From: Candidatus Moraniibacteriota bacterium
GTDB lineage: Bacteria; Patescibacteriota; Minisyncoccia; Moranbacterales; GWC2-37-73
Direction of reading: 5' to 3'
Assembly: GCA_013336225.1 (NCBI GenBank)
Contig: JAAXUC010000002.1
Span: forward strand, 74,634-138,633
Length of the DNA stretch: 64,000 bases
Shown piece after piece: positions 63,800 through 64,000 of the stretch (its first letter is position 1; each line of letters starts with the position of its first letter). The notes below the pieces were generated by a model. The model did not search any database, had not been told where the DNA came from, and saw nothing but the letters and a program-made list of their open reading frames with translations. Position numbers and translations under genes: made by a program.

Positions 63800-64000
63800 A
63801 TGGCAACAAAACTTTACGTTGGTGGTCTTCCATATTCAACTACGGAAGATGCACTTAAAGACCTTTTTGCACAAGCAGGTTCTGTAACTTCTGCAACAAT
63901 CATCATGGATAAAATGACTGGTCGTTCAAAAGGATTCGGATTCGTTGAAATGTCTGCTGACGCAGAAGCGCAAGCAGCAATCGAAATGTTTGACAAAAAA
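63800..64000 (+). CDS. RNA-binding protein with RRM domain, 5' fragment (continues beyond window)
   Basis: MATKLYVGGLPYSTTEDALKDLF...KGFGFVEM carries the RNP-2 and RNP-1 motifs. A GAGGAGG Shine-Dalgarno sequence lies upstream. Confidence 0.7.
   Translation, partial: MATKLYVGGLPYSTTEDALKDLFAQAGSVTSATIIMDKMTGRSKGFGFVEMSADAEAQAAIEMFDKK

Noticed and set aside
1-64000. CRISPR arrays, rRNA genes, prophage or integrase signatures
   Set aside because: No regularly spaced short direct repeats were seen. There are no rRNA-like GC-rich conserved blocks and no integrase, terminase or capsid-like ORFs. The only phage-related call is a YvlD-type holin-family membrane protein, which is commonly chromosomal.

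Overview
This is an AT-rich, gene-dense bacterial window with almost all genes on the + strand and short intergenic spacers. Several proteins have lysine-rich N-terminal tails. Inferring from these traits, the organism may be an uncultivated small-genome lineage such as CPR/Patescibacteria. Two complete type IV pilus (T4P)-like loci dominate the window. Locus 1 (about 13.1-26.3 kb) runs pilin, LytR_C membrane protein, bacteriohemerythrin, PAS sensor, hybrid-domain histidine kinase, receiver-only response regulator, PilB, PilC, four prepilin-type minor pilins, a PilX-like protein and a PilM-like/LytR_C fusion. Locus 2 (about 33.4-45.7 kb) runs histidine kinase, response regulator, PilB2, PilC2, a giant pilin-like protein, a pseudopilin, a PilX-like 545-aa protein, PilM, PilN, PilO, and an ECF sigma factor with a membrane partner. 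The housekeeping genes identified are an HU 3' fragment, tRNA-Pro(TGG), nth, alr, an ECF sigma factor, thiI, ychF, rarA, dus, obg, a HI0933-type flavoprotein and an RRM protein 5' fragment. Transport genes are a MacAB-like ABC export set and an RND pump with its adaptor and a MarR regulator. The 5' 8 kb is a cassette of secreted or membrane-anchored paralogous proteins. It contains a 987-bp perfect tandem gene duplication and is bracketed by inverted copies of a structured ~138-nt repeat. The most unusual non-coding content is at least four families of interspersed, hairpin-rich repeats (A, B, C, E). Several of them show compensatory base changes between copies. A GC-rich ~300-nt structured region downstream of tRNA-Pro is likely a non-coding RNA of unresolved identity. 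No CRISPR array, transposase, integrase, reverse transcriptase or rRNA gene was seen. Repeat and terminator coordinates are approximate to within a few bases.
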